From: the human T2T-CHM13v2.0 reference genome, Homo sapiens | Assembly: GCF_009914755.1 (NCBI RefSeq) | Contig: NC_060934.1 | Length of the DNA stretch: 64,000 nucleotides | Strand: one strand, 5' to 3' | In this document: piece after piece, positions 31,101 to 44,623 of the stretch | Layout of the letters: each line of letters begins with the position of its first letter | Position numbering within the stretch: position 1 is the first letter of the stretch | The notes under the pieces: model-generated | The model's database searches: none | What the model was told of the DNA's origin: nothing | The model's input: only the letters and a program-made list of their open reading frames with translations | Translations under genes and position numbers: made by a program

Positions 31101-32499
31101 GTGTCTACTTTACTGATGTTTGAGCACTGCAACCTGGCTCCTGTAATTTTGGTATCCCATCATTCCATTGCTATTAGGCAGCCCCATTCTGTAACAGCAC
31201 CTCCTTTCATTAGCCTGACCTAAAGATGACAGTCAGTATGAGTTTCTCAAGATTCTGGGCTTGTCTCTCTAGCACATTCCTTATTTCTCTGGAAGAGAGT
31301 TCTCTGACCATTTCACAGAACAAATCCAACTGGCCTTTCATAGTATATACACTCTCATATTTCCACTTCTCTGAGCCCTTTAATCCTTTCTTTCAACACC
31401 GAATTCAATAGCTCTGGCATTTGTACCTCAATTATTATGGGTCATCTCCCCGTCAAAGCTTTCAAGAACTATTCTACCAGCAAATTAGCACCCAGAGTCC
31501 TTGCTGGGTATTAAATCCTGTATCTTGGGATAGTGCTCATATGTCAGTAACCTATTCTTGTCTACCTGTGTGTTCTTCTCCCTAGGTAAAGAATCTTCAG
31601 GATCCAGTCTCATACTCTTCTGGCTACTGCCAGTATGATCCGGCTTGGTTTAGCAGCTCCTGTAGCTCTGTGGGGCAGAGCCTACTTTAATAGGCTAAGG
31701 CTTCCCTGACTAGTTTATGTTGTGACTTAATCCTACATGTTGGTTATGTGGCCAGTAGGGATGGTGAGGGTAGATTCTTAAAGGAGATTGACATTGTCTT
31801 GTAAGTCAGAGGACTGTTATTTTTCTTCAAACAATGGGGACACTAGTTTTTGACAGGTTCCACTTCTGCAGACCCAGTTTAGGGATCTGTAGGGATTCAA
31901 AATTTAAGAATTTATCTACCCAGATAACCTTACCCCAATTCTCAGGGTCTCACCACTCCTCGATTTATGAGTTTATCTACCCAAATAATCTGATCTTTAT
32001 TCTTAGGGTCTTGCGACTCCTTTGTAGTCAGAGCTCTGCCTGACAGAGCGGACTTAATATTTTTGAGAATCCAACCTTCTCTGGACTTCTGTTTCCCATA
32101 TAACTGTGTATTGCACTTGATCCTCAGAGATTTTTCTGTCCTCTGATTGCAAAAACAATCACCCTTATCTTTAAACTGGTGATTAATAGCCCTTAGCATC
32201 TCATTGTCTTTCTTCAATACATTGATCAACTCTGCACACAGCCATCCTATCTCTATTGTCCTATAATGACTACTTTCTTGTACCTCTCAAATACCAGAGA
32301 TACTGAACCTGTTGGTGCACTTCCTTTCACAATTATCCCATCCCATTTCACTGCTGGTCAAAGTTAAACACATGTACTGCGAAGGGGCTATCAGTGCTCC
32401 ATCTTTCATCAATGATGGAGTTTTTACTACCAGCTGGTAGGTGATCATGCTCCAAAATACCATTTTAGAATGTTCACTTTGACCACTTATATCTCCAAG
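28170..32499 (-). mobile_element. Ancient class III (ERVL-type) endogenous retrovirus internal region: decayed gag-pro-RT-RNaseH-IN, 3'-truncated
   Basis: Minus-strand translations: integrase TWWQLDYIGFLPS (~28444-28483) and FILTGFDTYSGYGLSFPA (~28376-28430); RT IMLFHYINNIMLI (YxDD position 29833-29844); gag-like INVLKKDNEMLRAINHQ (31942-32229); degenerate tRNA-Leu PBS next to the LTR. Confidence 0.85.
30281..30376. mobile_element. MER96-like hAT-Tip100 MITE (internally deleted) inserted in the ERV
   Basis: cagggccaggactggg...ttcttaaatgttgtgccctaggtacttc...tagtcctgg; degenerate 8-bp TSD ctcagatt/cttaggat. Confidence 0.6.
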
Positions 32500-32910
32500 T
32501 GTCAAAGTCAGGTTTCCTGGAAAATAGACTCTGAAATGCAGATGGGCATGCTGGTGTTTTATCTGGGAGTAAGGGATGCAGGAACAGACAAGAGTGAAAG
32601 GTGAACTGTAATCCAGTCATAATAGAGGCTTCAGCTAATTAAATGGAGTGCTATACATTTGAGATGTCCCTTCAGAGATATCCCTAATTAAGGCAAGAGT
32701 CAGACGTTTGTATACCTACATTGGCTTGTCCTTAGATGTGGGAGGGAGGTGCCATGGAGAGAAGACAGGCAAAACAGATCTCTTTGGGCAAGGATAGTTT
32801 ATTGGGAGAAATTCAGCTGAGATACACCAGCAGCAATATTCCCTGCCGTTGGATTAGGGGATACCTTAGTCCTAAAGGGCCATCTCAGGGGCACACCACC
32901 AATATATAGT
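32500..32910 (-). mobile_element. 5' LTR of the ancient ERVL (LTR33-like)
   Basis: tgtcaaagtcaggtttcctggaaaatagactctgaaatg...gagatgtcccttcagag...gggcacaccac; abuts the PBS-like sequence. Confidence 0.7.
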
Positions 32911-33089
32911 ACTAATAACCTAATACTTTCTCTACCTGCTTTTCAGGAAATTTCATGTTTAGTAGAGAATAGCAAGAAGGTGTAATAGAGAAGAAGAAGC
33001 AAAATGTGGTTAATATTAAAATAGCTTAACTAATTTCCAGAATAGTGATTGCTTGTTCTGCATATCTTAATGCTAAAGGGAAAGATAGA

Positions 33090-33250
33090 ATGTGGTACAG
33101 TACACTGAGTTTTTGAATTCTAGAAACCTAGGTTTAATTCCATGCTAGCTACTTTGAGCAAGTAACTTTATATCTATGTCTCACTTTCTTCCTCTGTATA
33201 AAATTGTACTGATACCTCTCTTGAAGAATTGGGAAATTTGCCTGAGTCCA
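33090..33250 (+). mobile_element. MIR
   Basis: cctaggtttaattcc...ttgagcaagtaacttt...tctcactttcttcctctgtataa. Confidence 0.65.
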
Positions 33251-34298
33251 AAGATCTTAAAACCTCTGTCTCAAGTTTCCTGCTATACTGGTAGGAGGAA
33301 CTTAATAAATTGAATTTCTTTCCTGCTTCTACCATCATGCAGCTACTCTGTCAGCAGTGGTTTGCATTGAGCCGTCTACTCCCTCTAAACAAGTACTCAG
33401 AGAGATATGTAGATGGCTGGTCTTGACTGTGTAGTACATGCATTTTCTGATAGTAAAACTTAGGCTTTTGTCTATATGAAGCCACTTGCCTGGGAAGCCT
33501 CACTCCACAATTTCAGATTCATTACCTTTATGTTCAGTTAATCATCTGTGCCCATCCAAAAGTAGGAGATAGTCTGGACTCAGAAAAAAAAATAGTACTG
33601 ACACGTGTGCACTTTTTCATGTGTTAAATGCTCTTGGTAAAAGTCCCCACAACTTTAATAATCGGGAAAATGTAGATTTGTATTACAATTTCGGAACCAT
33701 TAATGACTGGAGTTAAGCGTAGGGGACAATGCATGCTAAAGAGGATTGACCCAATTTTGGATCTCGACCAGATATTCACGGAAAGACAACTGTTTTCTGG
33801 GCAGGTCACACCTGTTTTATTAGCAGTAATATGAGCCTTTAGGGTATCACACAGAAATTAAACAGTTAAGGATAAATGACCTAAGAGGACTTAACAATTT
33901 AATCCTAACTAAAGAGCAAAGAGAATGCAATCTAGAAACAGGATTGCAAGCAGAATTGTGGGTTAATGACCTTGTACTTTTTAATTTAATGGAGCACACA
34001 TAGTCCTGGGCTGGAAGTAATGAATTATAGGAAATAAATACATATACTAGAATTTTATGAATAAATTATTGTAACACTAATTACAATTAAATTGCCTTGT
34101 TTTAATATGATTTAGTAATTAAGCCACAAGTGGCTTGCTGCCTGGTTTTTGCCTGAACAGGCACCAAACAAAAGTATTTGACTCAGCAAAAATATTTGTG
34201 AATATATTTTCAAACTTTTTATTTTCAGTAAGTGGACATTGATAGGAATATTAATAACGTAAAAGAATTACTTCGTTCTTTTTGTTTTTCCCTTTTAG

Positions 34299-34340
34299 GA
34301 TATGCATCTGCGTAGGAAAAACATCACTATAATAAGCTGG
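34299..34340 (+). other. Candidate 42-nt internal exon
   Basis: Acceptor ttctttttgtttttcccttttAG| and donor TGG|GTAAGC in unique sequence; phase-0 frame open (DMHLRRKNITIISW). Confidence 0.45.
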
Positions 34341-34499
34341 GTAAGCCTGGGCCCTCTTGCATTCAAGAAACACTGTCATTGCTGACTTAGTTCTCTCCCC
34401 AAGGGGAGAATTGTTTCCAAATCATTCAATTCCACCTGCCATCTATTCCTCAGTACTAAATTAGGGCAACTCTGGTCAGAAATGAAATAACAACTGTCC

Positions 34500-35280
34500 C
34501 CTTATCTAGATATGTGTAAGCCTCTCTTGGTTTCACCCAGGTCAGTTGCCTTCCTTCTGTGTACTCACAGGAAGCTGTGAGCTAGATCATAGCTAGATCA
34601 AGGGGACAATTGTTATTTCATCTGTGTAGCACTGTTCTTACCACATTCCAATCACCTGCGCATGATTCTGCTACTGGTCTAGATCATATTTATCTTGTAT
34701 CTCCAGATGTTGTCATATATTAGGTGATCAATAAATATTAATCCCTTGAAGGAAGGGAAGAAGGAAGAAAAGAAGGAAGGAAGGAAAGATGAAATGGGAT
34801 TTAATGTGCAGTTGAGTAAAATCACTACTTATCTATTTGTATTGTTCATTGAAAAAATTCTTAGCATTTGCCTTGAGCAGATATCTATAAGAATTAAAAA
34901 AGAAAAAGAAACATACACACAATAACAGTAGGAAAGAGTAGGGAGACAGATGAGATTAAAACAATTTTCTGTCTTCATAAAACTTAGAGTTCATCTGATA
35001 AAATTTATACACACAAAACAAGCAAATGAACAGACAACGACAACAACAACAGAACTCACAATAACAAAATTACTTGTCAGGCACTGCAGTGGTAATCATA
35101 TTACTTTTTTCTCACTGTAAGACTACGCAATAGATGCTATTGTCCTTACAATTTTAGAGATAATGAAACAGGTAAAAAGAGCTTAATAAACTTCTTAAAG
35201 GCCTCTCACAATATAAAAGATGGAACCCATTCTTTAACCAAGAAAATCTGGTTTCATAACCCATGCACCAACTACCACAT
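34500..35280. mobile_element. L2 fragments with a (GGAA)n tail and an antisense MIR (~35070-35280)
   Basis: taggtgatcaataaata; gaaggaaggaagg; caattttagagataatgaaacagg. Confidence 0.55.
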
Positions 35281-35389
35281 AATATCATTGTCAAAACCAT
35301 AAATATTATATGTTCAAAGGAGGAAGAGGTCATTGATACTTAATGATTGTGGTGACCGGATTACAAAATGTGATTACAAATCACAAAAA

Positions 35390-35912
35390 TGTCAAGAACT
35401 GTAAAGGGTCTGAAGTTTTACCCTACTTGCAAGCTATCAAGTAACCAGCCAGAGTTTAATTTAGGATATTAGTAGAAGATAGGAAACATCTGGGTCAAAG
35501 ACAATGGACAGTTTATTTCTTGTAGCAATTGCAGATGCCAGAATACTAGCATTTACACTGTTTCCTCAATCCCTGACATTCTTAGGGGTATACTACAGCA
35601 GAAGATCCCTAAGGTTAGATAATGCAATTTTTAAGCAGAGTGTTGTAGGAAAATTGGCCCTTTTGTGTCAGAGAGAGATAGTATTCTCATAGTCCAAGGA
35701 TGTAGGCAAACTGCTGTTTGCTATTTCTATCTTCCAAAACTGTTCATTATACAAGCATCCTTGAAATTTGAAAATGTTGATATAATTTTATATCATTACA
35801 AAGATTCTTTACAGTTAAACATACTGAAATTTGATAAAAACCACTGTCAAAGAGCAATTAAAGGAAGTTGCTGTAAACATTGTATAAAATATTTGTAAAA
35901 AATAATTATACA
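35390..35912 (-). mobile_element. ERVL-class solo LTR (subfamily uncertain)
   Basis: tgtcaagaactgtaaagggtctgaagttttaccctacttgcaagcta...ctgggtcaaagacaatggacagtttatt. Confidence 0.65.
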
Positions 35913-36422
35913 GTTACTAATAATTTTAATCCAGTAATTCTAGAATGGGAATAAACACTAAGGAACTTCAGAAAGCCTTTGTACATAAAGACATTCAGTG
36001 TAGTCTGTAGTAAAACTGAAAGTGCTAAAGTATTTGTAAATCCATTGGAGTATCATTATTGTTTTTTACTTGTCTAAATAACATTTGGAAATATTCATGT
36101 TATAAGTATTATTTACATATAAAATTCTGTTTTTCCAACTTGTTTTAAATATATCAACATACAACAAATATGGTATTTTATTTTTTTATTCTTACATTCG
36201 TATCATATTTTCGTAATTCTCTACAGAGGTATATATTAGTTGCATGATTAAAAATAATAAGAGATACCAAAGAATTTCACTTTAAATACACATTTATCAC
36301 ACACTGCTTGGCATTGTGCCAGATTTTCAAGGGATTAAAGGGAAAACATGACATATAATTTGAGGTTAAGGAATTCACAATTTAGTAATTAAAAACAGAA
36401 AGATAAACCACTACTAAGAATG

Positions 36423-36710
36423 AGTGGCTCATGCCTGTAATCCCAGCACTTTAGGAGGCTGAGGCGGGTGGATCATGAGGTCAGGAGATCGAGACCATCC
36501 TGGCTGACACAGTGAAACCTCATCTCTACTAAAAATACAAAAAATTAGCCAGGCGTGGTGGCACGCACATGTAGTCCCAGCTACTCAGGAGGCTGAGGCA
36601 GGAGAATCACCTGAACCCAGGAGGCGGAGGTTGCAGTGAGCTGAGGTCACGCCACTGCACTTCAGCCTGGGCAACAGAGTGAGACTCTATCTCAAAAAAA
36701 AAAAAAAAAA
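36423..36710 (+). mobile_element. Alu (AluSc8/Y-like), slightly 5'-truncated, no clear TSD
   Basis: Alu dimer with poly-A. Confidence 0.93.
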
Positions 36711-38199
36711 GTAGATTGCTACAAATTTTCAAAAAAGCTGCAAGTAGCCTGATTTGGCCAACAAGTGTAAGGAGCTGATTGTTCAAGGGAAAAGCAGATG
36801 CTCCATGGAGGGGACGTATATTTGTCCTGGGCCTTAAAGAAAGAGATTCTCCTGCCTACGATGTCCTGGGGTAGGGTCAGCTGGGGAGCTCTGAGAGTCT
36901 CCAACCTTGATATAACAAGTGAAGGGAGTTCTGGTTCAAAGTAAGTTTTGATGAAATGAAAAATCATCTTCCTGCTTGGAGAACAGATGTACTCATCTAC
37001 GCTAGGATACAGAAAAAAAAAAAAAAAAAAGGAATTGCAAGGAGACTAGGCCCAGGGAGGGAGAGTTGGCAGAGGAAAAAGAGGCTATGATTTATAGACA
37101 AAGATGCCAATTTACGTTCTCTTGCTAGGGGAAAAATCAGTATCAGTATCAAATAGAGTAGCTGCTTCTTTAACCAGAGTGAATGGGGGGAATTAGATAC
37201 ATCAAAGGATACATGCCTTTTTTGGGTGTGGCGGGGGTGGCAGTACCTTTCCATAATGCGTGGATTTGGAGAATAGAGGAAGGGCAGATAAAATGTTTTA
37301 GAGATTTTGAGATGCCCAGCAATGGCCTGCTGTCCTACTGGATTCCGAATTAATTGAGGATAGACTAATACACTGGTTTTCTTGGCTAAGTTTCCACATA
37401 GGATATAACATTTGGCTTCTCCCCAGGTCTGCCAAGTGGTCTTTCTAACAAGAGTTGAGCAAGAGTTAGATACAGTGTGCCCCTGTCTTTTCTTGCTTAG
37501 CAATACACTAAATTTGGGAATGATAGGAAGATGTGGGTTCTAATATGGAGGCACAGGTCTTGGTATTTGCTCATTTTCCTCTTTGCAGAAGTTTCATGAG
37601 GAATATTTTCTTCGTTTGGTGGTGTTTAAATTTTCTATCTCTGATTGCTTTAAGCAATTGTGACTCCATGGACCAGGAAAAGAAATACTTAAGCATTCAT
37701 CTCATTTTATCATAGTAAAATCCCTATTCAGAGGAAATTAGTTTGTCCCCAGCTGAAAGTTGGAATCAATAGCCATTCTGTGCACCACCACTTTAGTGAA
37801 CAAGATATTTTATTAAATTAGGGTAGTGGATGATGGAGATGTCCTTGGATCTTATCAATAATGAATAAGCTGTTGTTTAAAGGAAATAATATGGGTCCTC
37901 TCCTGGCAGAACTCAGGCTATATCTCTGTAGGGACAGATTTTCTGAGTAATCTGATGATCAGATTTGGCCTTGCTGTTCCAGGCACCAATCTAATGAAAT
38001 TACAATCTTTTGTGCTCAGCCTGACTCACTGAGGAGGACAGCTCCCTTCAAAGAAGGCCTTCAGGTGACTTGCAGGAAGCCCCTGGAGAAAATGGAATGA
38101 AAGAGGACAAGGCTTATATGGAGCTAAGTGAAATATGAGAATAACTTACAAGTCCTGGCTAGATAAGGTTTTTTAACTATTACATATAAACATTATTAT

Positions 38200-38480
38200 T
38201 ACTAATTATAACTATTAATAACAGTGATTTCAGCGATTTCATTGTATCACCCATGATTTAATGCGTATGCCCTGAGCGCCAGATACAGTGCAGAGTGACA
38301 TATTTCAATTATCCTGCAACAACCTCATGAGAAAGATGCTATTAACATCATCATTTGTTTGGATGAGAAAATTGAAGCTTAGGAAATTAGTAACTGTGCG
38401 AGGCAATATGACTAGTAATTGGTGGAGCCAGAATTTAAGTCCAGGTTTGTTTTATGCCAAAGCTCATGATCTTAACATTA
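38200..38480 (-). mobile_element. MIR (MIRb-like)
   Basis: tcctgcaacaacctcatgaga...ggatgagaaaattgaagcttagga...tggtggagccagaatttaagtccagg. Confidence 0.8.
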
Positions 38481-39089
38481 CACAAAAGCCTGCTAATTCC
38501 TTCATCTACCATCCCACAATAATGAGGTATACTTGAACCTGAGCCACATAAACTCATTTCTTTGCTAAAGGAGTATCCTATCCTATGACAGAAAAGAAAA
38601 AAAAATCAGCAGCTAGTTATTGGTAAGATTTGGGAGAATATCAAAATTTCACTGGCCTAACAATCTATCCTACCTGTTTTCTATAGGCCTGAGATCCTTT
38701 TGAGTTACCACAAAAGACTGTGTTCAAATTTCAACTTGTAATGTGTAAGAGGATTCAGGGGCAGTGAGAGAAGAGAAACAACTCACTTCACCATCAACAG
38801 AGCTAAACTGCTTCTTAGGACTATTTCCTGACATCACATAGTATCTGACAAATTTGAAATAAGACAAAACATTAAGGAGAAAGGGAAAGTGGAAAAAAAT
38901 CCTCCATTAAATAAAATGTAAATGTGAGAAGGGTAAGTTTGTTGCTTCTTTAATTTCCCAGAAAGCCAAGACGTCGCTCATTTGGTTAAGGTAAAATCTC
39001 CCCACCTCTACATTTTAGTTACTCTTAAAGTTGGGGCATACTATTTATACAATATACAAATTTCTCTCTAATAAAAGCAATAAAAACAG

Positions 39090-39280
39090 TAATGTCTGTT
39101 AAGCATTTTGACGTATGTTATCCTGTTTTGCTCTTACAAAAACATGTGAGAGGGTATTTTCATCTCCATTCTCAGGATGAGGACATTAAGGCTAAAACAG
39201 CAAATGTTTCACCTAATGTCATACAACTCAAAATTAGCAGAGCGAGTTCCAGACTATATCTTCAGCTATAAATATTCTTT
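39090..39280 (-). mobile_element. MIR
   Basis: catctccattctcaggatgaggacattaaggct. Confidence 0.6.
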
Positions 39281-39447
39281 ATGTTGTAAGGTTTTATGGA
39301 AACTGAGACAGATAGAAAGAAGTCAATTATGAAGGCAAGATGGAGAAAGAAGAAAGATATGAACTTTGACTCCTTTCAGCTGGGACATTTTTCCTGCTCA
39401 TACCCAGATCTTGGAATTTGAAATGAAAAAGATTGTGTGTACATAAT

Positions 39448-39982
39448 TGTGGCAATTTCAAAACATGGACACACATTCCTCAATATTCCTTCCATTAAGA
39501 GGTGAGATCTATACCCCGAACTATGGATGTATTTATATTAGCTTTTACCAATTGGGTATGGCAGAGGGGCATTATGTAACTTTCATGTGTAAGCCACATA
39601 AAACATACAATGACTTCCTTGTTCACTGACAGAGTCATCCTTAGGGCCATGAGCCACGACATAACAAGTCTGTCTACTCTGATGCTTCCAAGCTGGAAAG
39701 GTCTCATGTAGGGTCTCCTGACCACAGGTGTAGCTGAACCCAACTTTCCAGCCATCCTCAGAAAGGTGTCAGGCCTATGAGTGAAGCCATTGTGGACTCT
39801 CTAGGCCACTCTGTCTGCCAGCCGTATACCAGAAGTGACTTTTGTCAATGCCACATGGAACAGAAGAATCTCTCAGCCAATGCCTGCCTAAATTCTTGAT
39901 CCACAAAGATGTGAGCTCTAATGAAGTGGTTGTTATTTTACGCTACTAAAATTTCAAGTAGCAGTGATAGGTAACTGGAACA
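39448..39982 (+). mobile_element. MLT1H-like MaLR solo LTR
   Basis: tgtggcaatttcaaaacatgg...gagtgaagccat...tgccacatggaacagaagaa...gcagtgataggtaactggaaca. Confidence 0.8.
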
Positions 39983-40887
39983 GTGTGTGCCTGTGTGTTT
40001 GTGCTAGGAGAGGGGGATACAGGTAATTCTAATGGCCTTGTCCCAGACATAGAAATTAGCTAACAGGGTGCTAAGGGCAGATGACAATCTTGATTTTAGG
40101 ATGTGGCTCAGAGCCATCCTTGGTTTCTTTTTCTCATCCATCTTGGCTACCTTAGAGCATAGTGGCCTGAGTGGTTTTCAGATCACCTCATTGAGAAGGC
40201 TGGGGTCTGTGTAGAGATAAAGAAGTATGCCTTTCTTACTTATTAGAGTTTTAAAAGTTTTTTATTTTTATTTCTTTTTCAATTACCCAGCAGTCAGGAA
40301 AAGCATGTTATTAAATTCTGCCTTCAATTGAGATGGCTTAAAAGGACAGATTTTTATTTTTTTCAGTGAAAATGACAGATGCCATGTTTTTCACTACATG
40401 GTGTTCCATTTAAAAAGGAGCAGGAATTTAGAGGTTTTTGGCAGGGCCAAATAATAATTACTATTATTATTATTGATAATGCCAAATTATCATTATCATC
40501 AGCAGCAGCAGCATCAAATGTCCCAAATAAATTAATCATCAGAAGAAAACAATAAGCCATATAATCACATTTCCTGCTTGTAACAGTGATAATTACTCCA
40601 GAATAAAACCTAGGCTTTGATGATGGCTAATCATTGCTAGTTAGTCTAAATCTCAGAGAAACAACTCTAAATCTCCTTATACTAGGCAATCCAGCTTGAA
40701 GCTGAGTAGAAAACACACACACACATACACACACACTCCGTAGTGGCAGCTTTTCTTTGATGGTGATGAAAGCTGACATATGGCATAGGTCCCATGAGAC
40801 AAATATTTGAAAACTCGATCTGTGCCTTTAAATTGCCTCTGCACACAAGAAACTTAAACCTAAGTAGGGAGACCACTCTTAGACAAA

Positions 40888-41655
<768 letters not shown>

Positions 41656-41769
41656 ACTGGGGAAACAGGCTCATGACTCCTCATACACAGGAAATGCAAT
41701 CAGTTTTAGGTGCTTTTGTCTTGGTCTGTAGCACTGCCCAACACAGTGTGGGTCATAAGAAAATAGGTT

Positions 41770-41980
41770 CCATATTCTGGCTTTAATTCCCATCTTGGCC
41801 CCCTAGTTTCTGAGCTATCTTAGATATATTTTATCTCTCTAAAACTTTATGTTACTCTCTGTAAAATAAGGACAATGATATGAGCTACCATATGGCATCT
41901 TTTTGAAAAGTAAATGGATTTAATGCAGGAGAAGAACTAACCAGTGTCTGACTTAAGTAAATGTCTAATACGTGTTAGGC
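41770..41980 (+). mobile_element. MIR
   Basis: ctctgtaaaataaggacaatgata...cttaagtaaatgtctaatacgtgttag. Confidence 0.6.
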
Positions 41981-42384
41981 AAATAAAGATAAAATGGCAA
42001 GGATGGATATGATCAGGTGGAGCCCAATAATTCATATGAGAAGCTACCTCTTAGGGTTATGCCAGGTCAGAGCAAAGGAGGCTGTCTGGAATTTGATTGC
42101 GAATCTACACAGGCTACTCAAGAGGAGGAAAGAAGCTAGAGACATCTGCAGCAGAGGGGACCAGATGACAAGGAAGGTTTTAAGCAGATGGTGGGATGTA
42201 GAGCCTGGAATCATTTCAGATATGACATGTAGTTGGCTGAGGGCACTTCAGGTCCCCTGGCAATTGATCCTAGTAAGGCTAGAGTTTTTTAGGGGTGGCA
42301 GTGGAAGGGACATCAAAAAATAAAGATAGCCAGATTTATTTTTCAAAAATTTTACAGAAATCTCCATCTTTATCCTATGACTCA

Positions 42385-42705
42385 TTTCTTCTTTTGTTTT
42401 TATTTTATCTTGTTTATTTTTAGAGACAGGGTCTTCCTCTGTCACCTGGGCTAGACTGCAGTGGTGCGATCAAAACTCACGGAAGCCTCAAACTCCTGGG
42501 CTCAAGTGACCCTCCTGCCTAAGCCTTTTGAGTAGCTGGGACTACAGGCACCCGCCACCATGCTTAGCTAACGTTTTTGGATTTTTTGCAGAGATGGGAT
42601 CTTGCTTTGTTGCCCAGACTGGTCTCACATTCCTGGCTTCAAGCATTCTTCTCGCCTTGGCCTCCCAAGATGCTTGGATTATAGACATGACCATTTATTC
42701 TGTCC
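42385..42705 (-). mobile_element. AluJ
   Basis: agacagggtctt...aactcctgggctcaagtga...gatgggatcttgctttgttgcccagactgg. Confidence 0.88.
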
Positions 42706-43163
42706 TCTTCAGGCTTCATCCTCGAAATAGGACTTTGGCTCTTGCAGCCTTTGCCATGGATTGGATCTATTAAGTGATGCTTCCTAAGTTTAACATGAGC
42801 CAGAGAGTCTGGAAAGTACATTAAATTTATTTTAGGAAACTACCAATCTATGCCCCTTAATGTCAGCTCCCCGTTCTCATAACCTCAGAGTGCATGTCCA
42901 GATGCCCCAATCCTACCTCTTCTTGTTCTTCCAACAAACCTATGAAGAAATCAGCACCAGCTAAATATAATTCAAGAATACACCTGAGTGGAATGTCTTG
43001 CTTGGAAAGAAGACTAAGTCGATGGGATCCCTGAAGTTGAGAATTTGAAGGAGGAGGCTTGGAGGGAAAATCTTAAGGGGATGTGAGAGGTGCTCTAAAG
43101 TCAAGATTGGGACTCACAGTACTAGACTACATGCACACAGAGTTACAAAGAATTAGATTCCCA

Positions 43164-43457
<294 letters not shown>

Positions 43458-44570
43458 TCAGAGGAAGCATATGAAGAAAATAGAATGAAGCAGATGAGGA
43501 GAGAAATCCAGAGAAGCCATGCGCAAAGCAGATTAAGCTTAGAGAAGTCAATGTTTTGCACTTCCTGAGGCCCAGCATTCAGCCTTCCTAGTGTTCTCTC
43601 CAACCACCCTCTTCAGTTCAGCTAGTTTCTCTTCCTGTCCACAAAATGAGTTCTAATTACAAAAAGAACCATTGTTTTGCCGTTGAACCATAATTTGAGG
43701 TGCAAACATACCATTTTTTTCCAAGAAGGGTCAGTGCACAGCGGTTGATGCTCTGAGAATGCTTTAGGGAAAGCATATACAATGACATTCTGCAACAGGC
43801 TGGGCAGCCACAAAGAAGCCACCTTGTTTCCACTTCATCTAAAAGATGACACAGCACCTCTTCTTAAGAAAGCTTTCCTGAGGTGCAGTAGAGGCATTCT
43901 GACCCAGTAGAAATAAGCCCAGTAGAAATAAGTTTGGTAGGTTTGGAAATTCAACATGCCCAAGCACCAGCTATGTGGTGCTGGGTTTCACTTCTCTGAG
44001 CAGCAGTTCCCATATCACCAGGGTGCATAAATGAATAAACACCTTGTATGGGTTTTGTGCACTTTAAATATAATATAGTCTGCAGAGCTTCTGGTCTGTT
44101 CTTGGCACCCAGGAGCTGACCTGCTGTTTCCTCATAGGGTGATTTTGTGTAAATTAGAAAAAAGGATCTCTTCCTTTGAGTGGCTAAGTTGGCAACTGGA
44201 ACGTGGGCTGAATACCACCCTTTATATTTCCTCTCTGCTGGGGGATCTTGTTTGATGCACAACCAGTATCGGAACACATGGAGGCACTGAAAAGTTGACA
44301 TTTATTAACTGACCATTATTACAATGTTGCTGCAGATCACCTATATCCAAGTTCATTTCCTTCAGCAAAACAGCAAGGATACGTATATGAAACTTGTAAC
44401 AAGTATTATTTTCCACTGTACAGATTGTTTCATAAAAAAGAAACAGTAAGGTTGAAAGCAAAAGTGTCATCAAGTTTTTCAGTTGGAGGTAAAAATCAAT
44501 GCAATTTGCAGTATTTTCAATATCACCAATTACATCTTATTGGTCATAATTGAAAGTAGTTTGCACTTAC

Positions 44571-44623
44571 CTATTATACATTATTATTTTAATCTGATGC
44601 TTAGCTACTTGGCATCCTAAGCA
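44571..44623 (-). other. Candidate 53-nt minus-strand exon embedded in a hairpin
   Basis: Minus strand reads tttaatctgcttctatttCAG|tgcttagg...taatAG|GTAAGTgc. Confidence 0.3.

Noticed and set aside
36997-37503. Longest ORF in the window (168 aa, minus strand)
   Set aside because: No family resemblance, runs through a poly-T tract (FFFFFF), no supporting gene structure.
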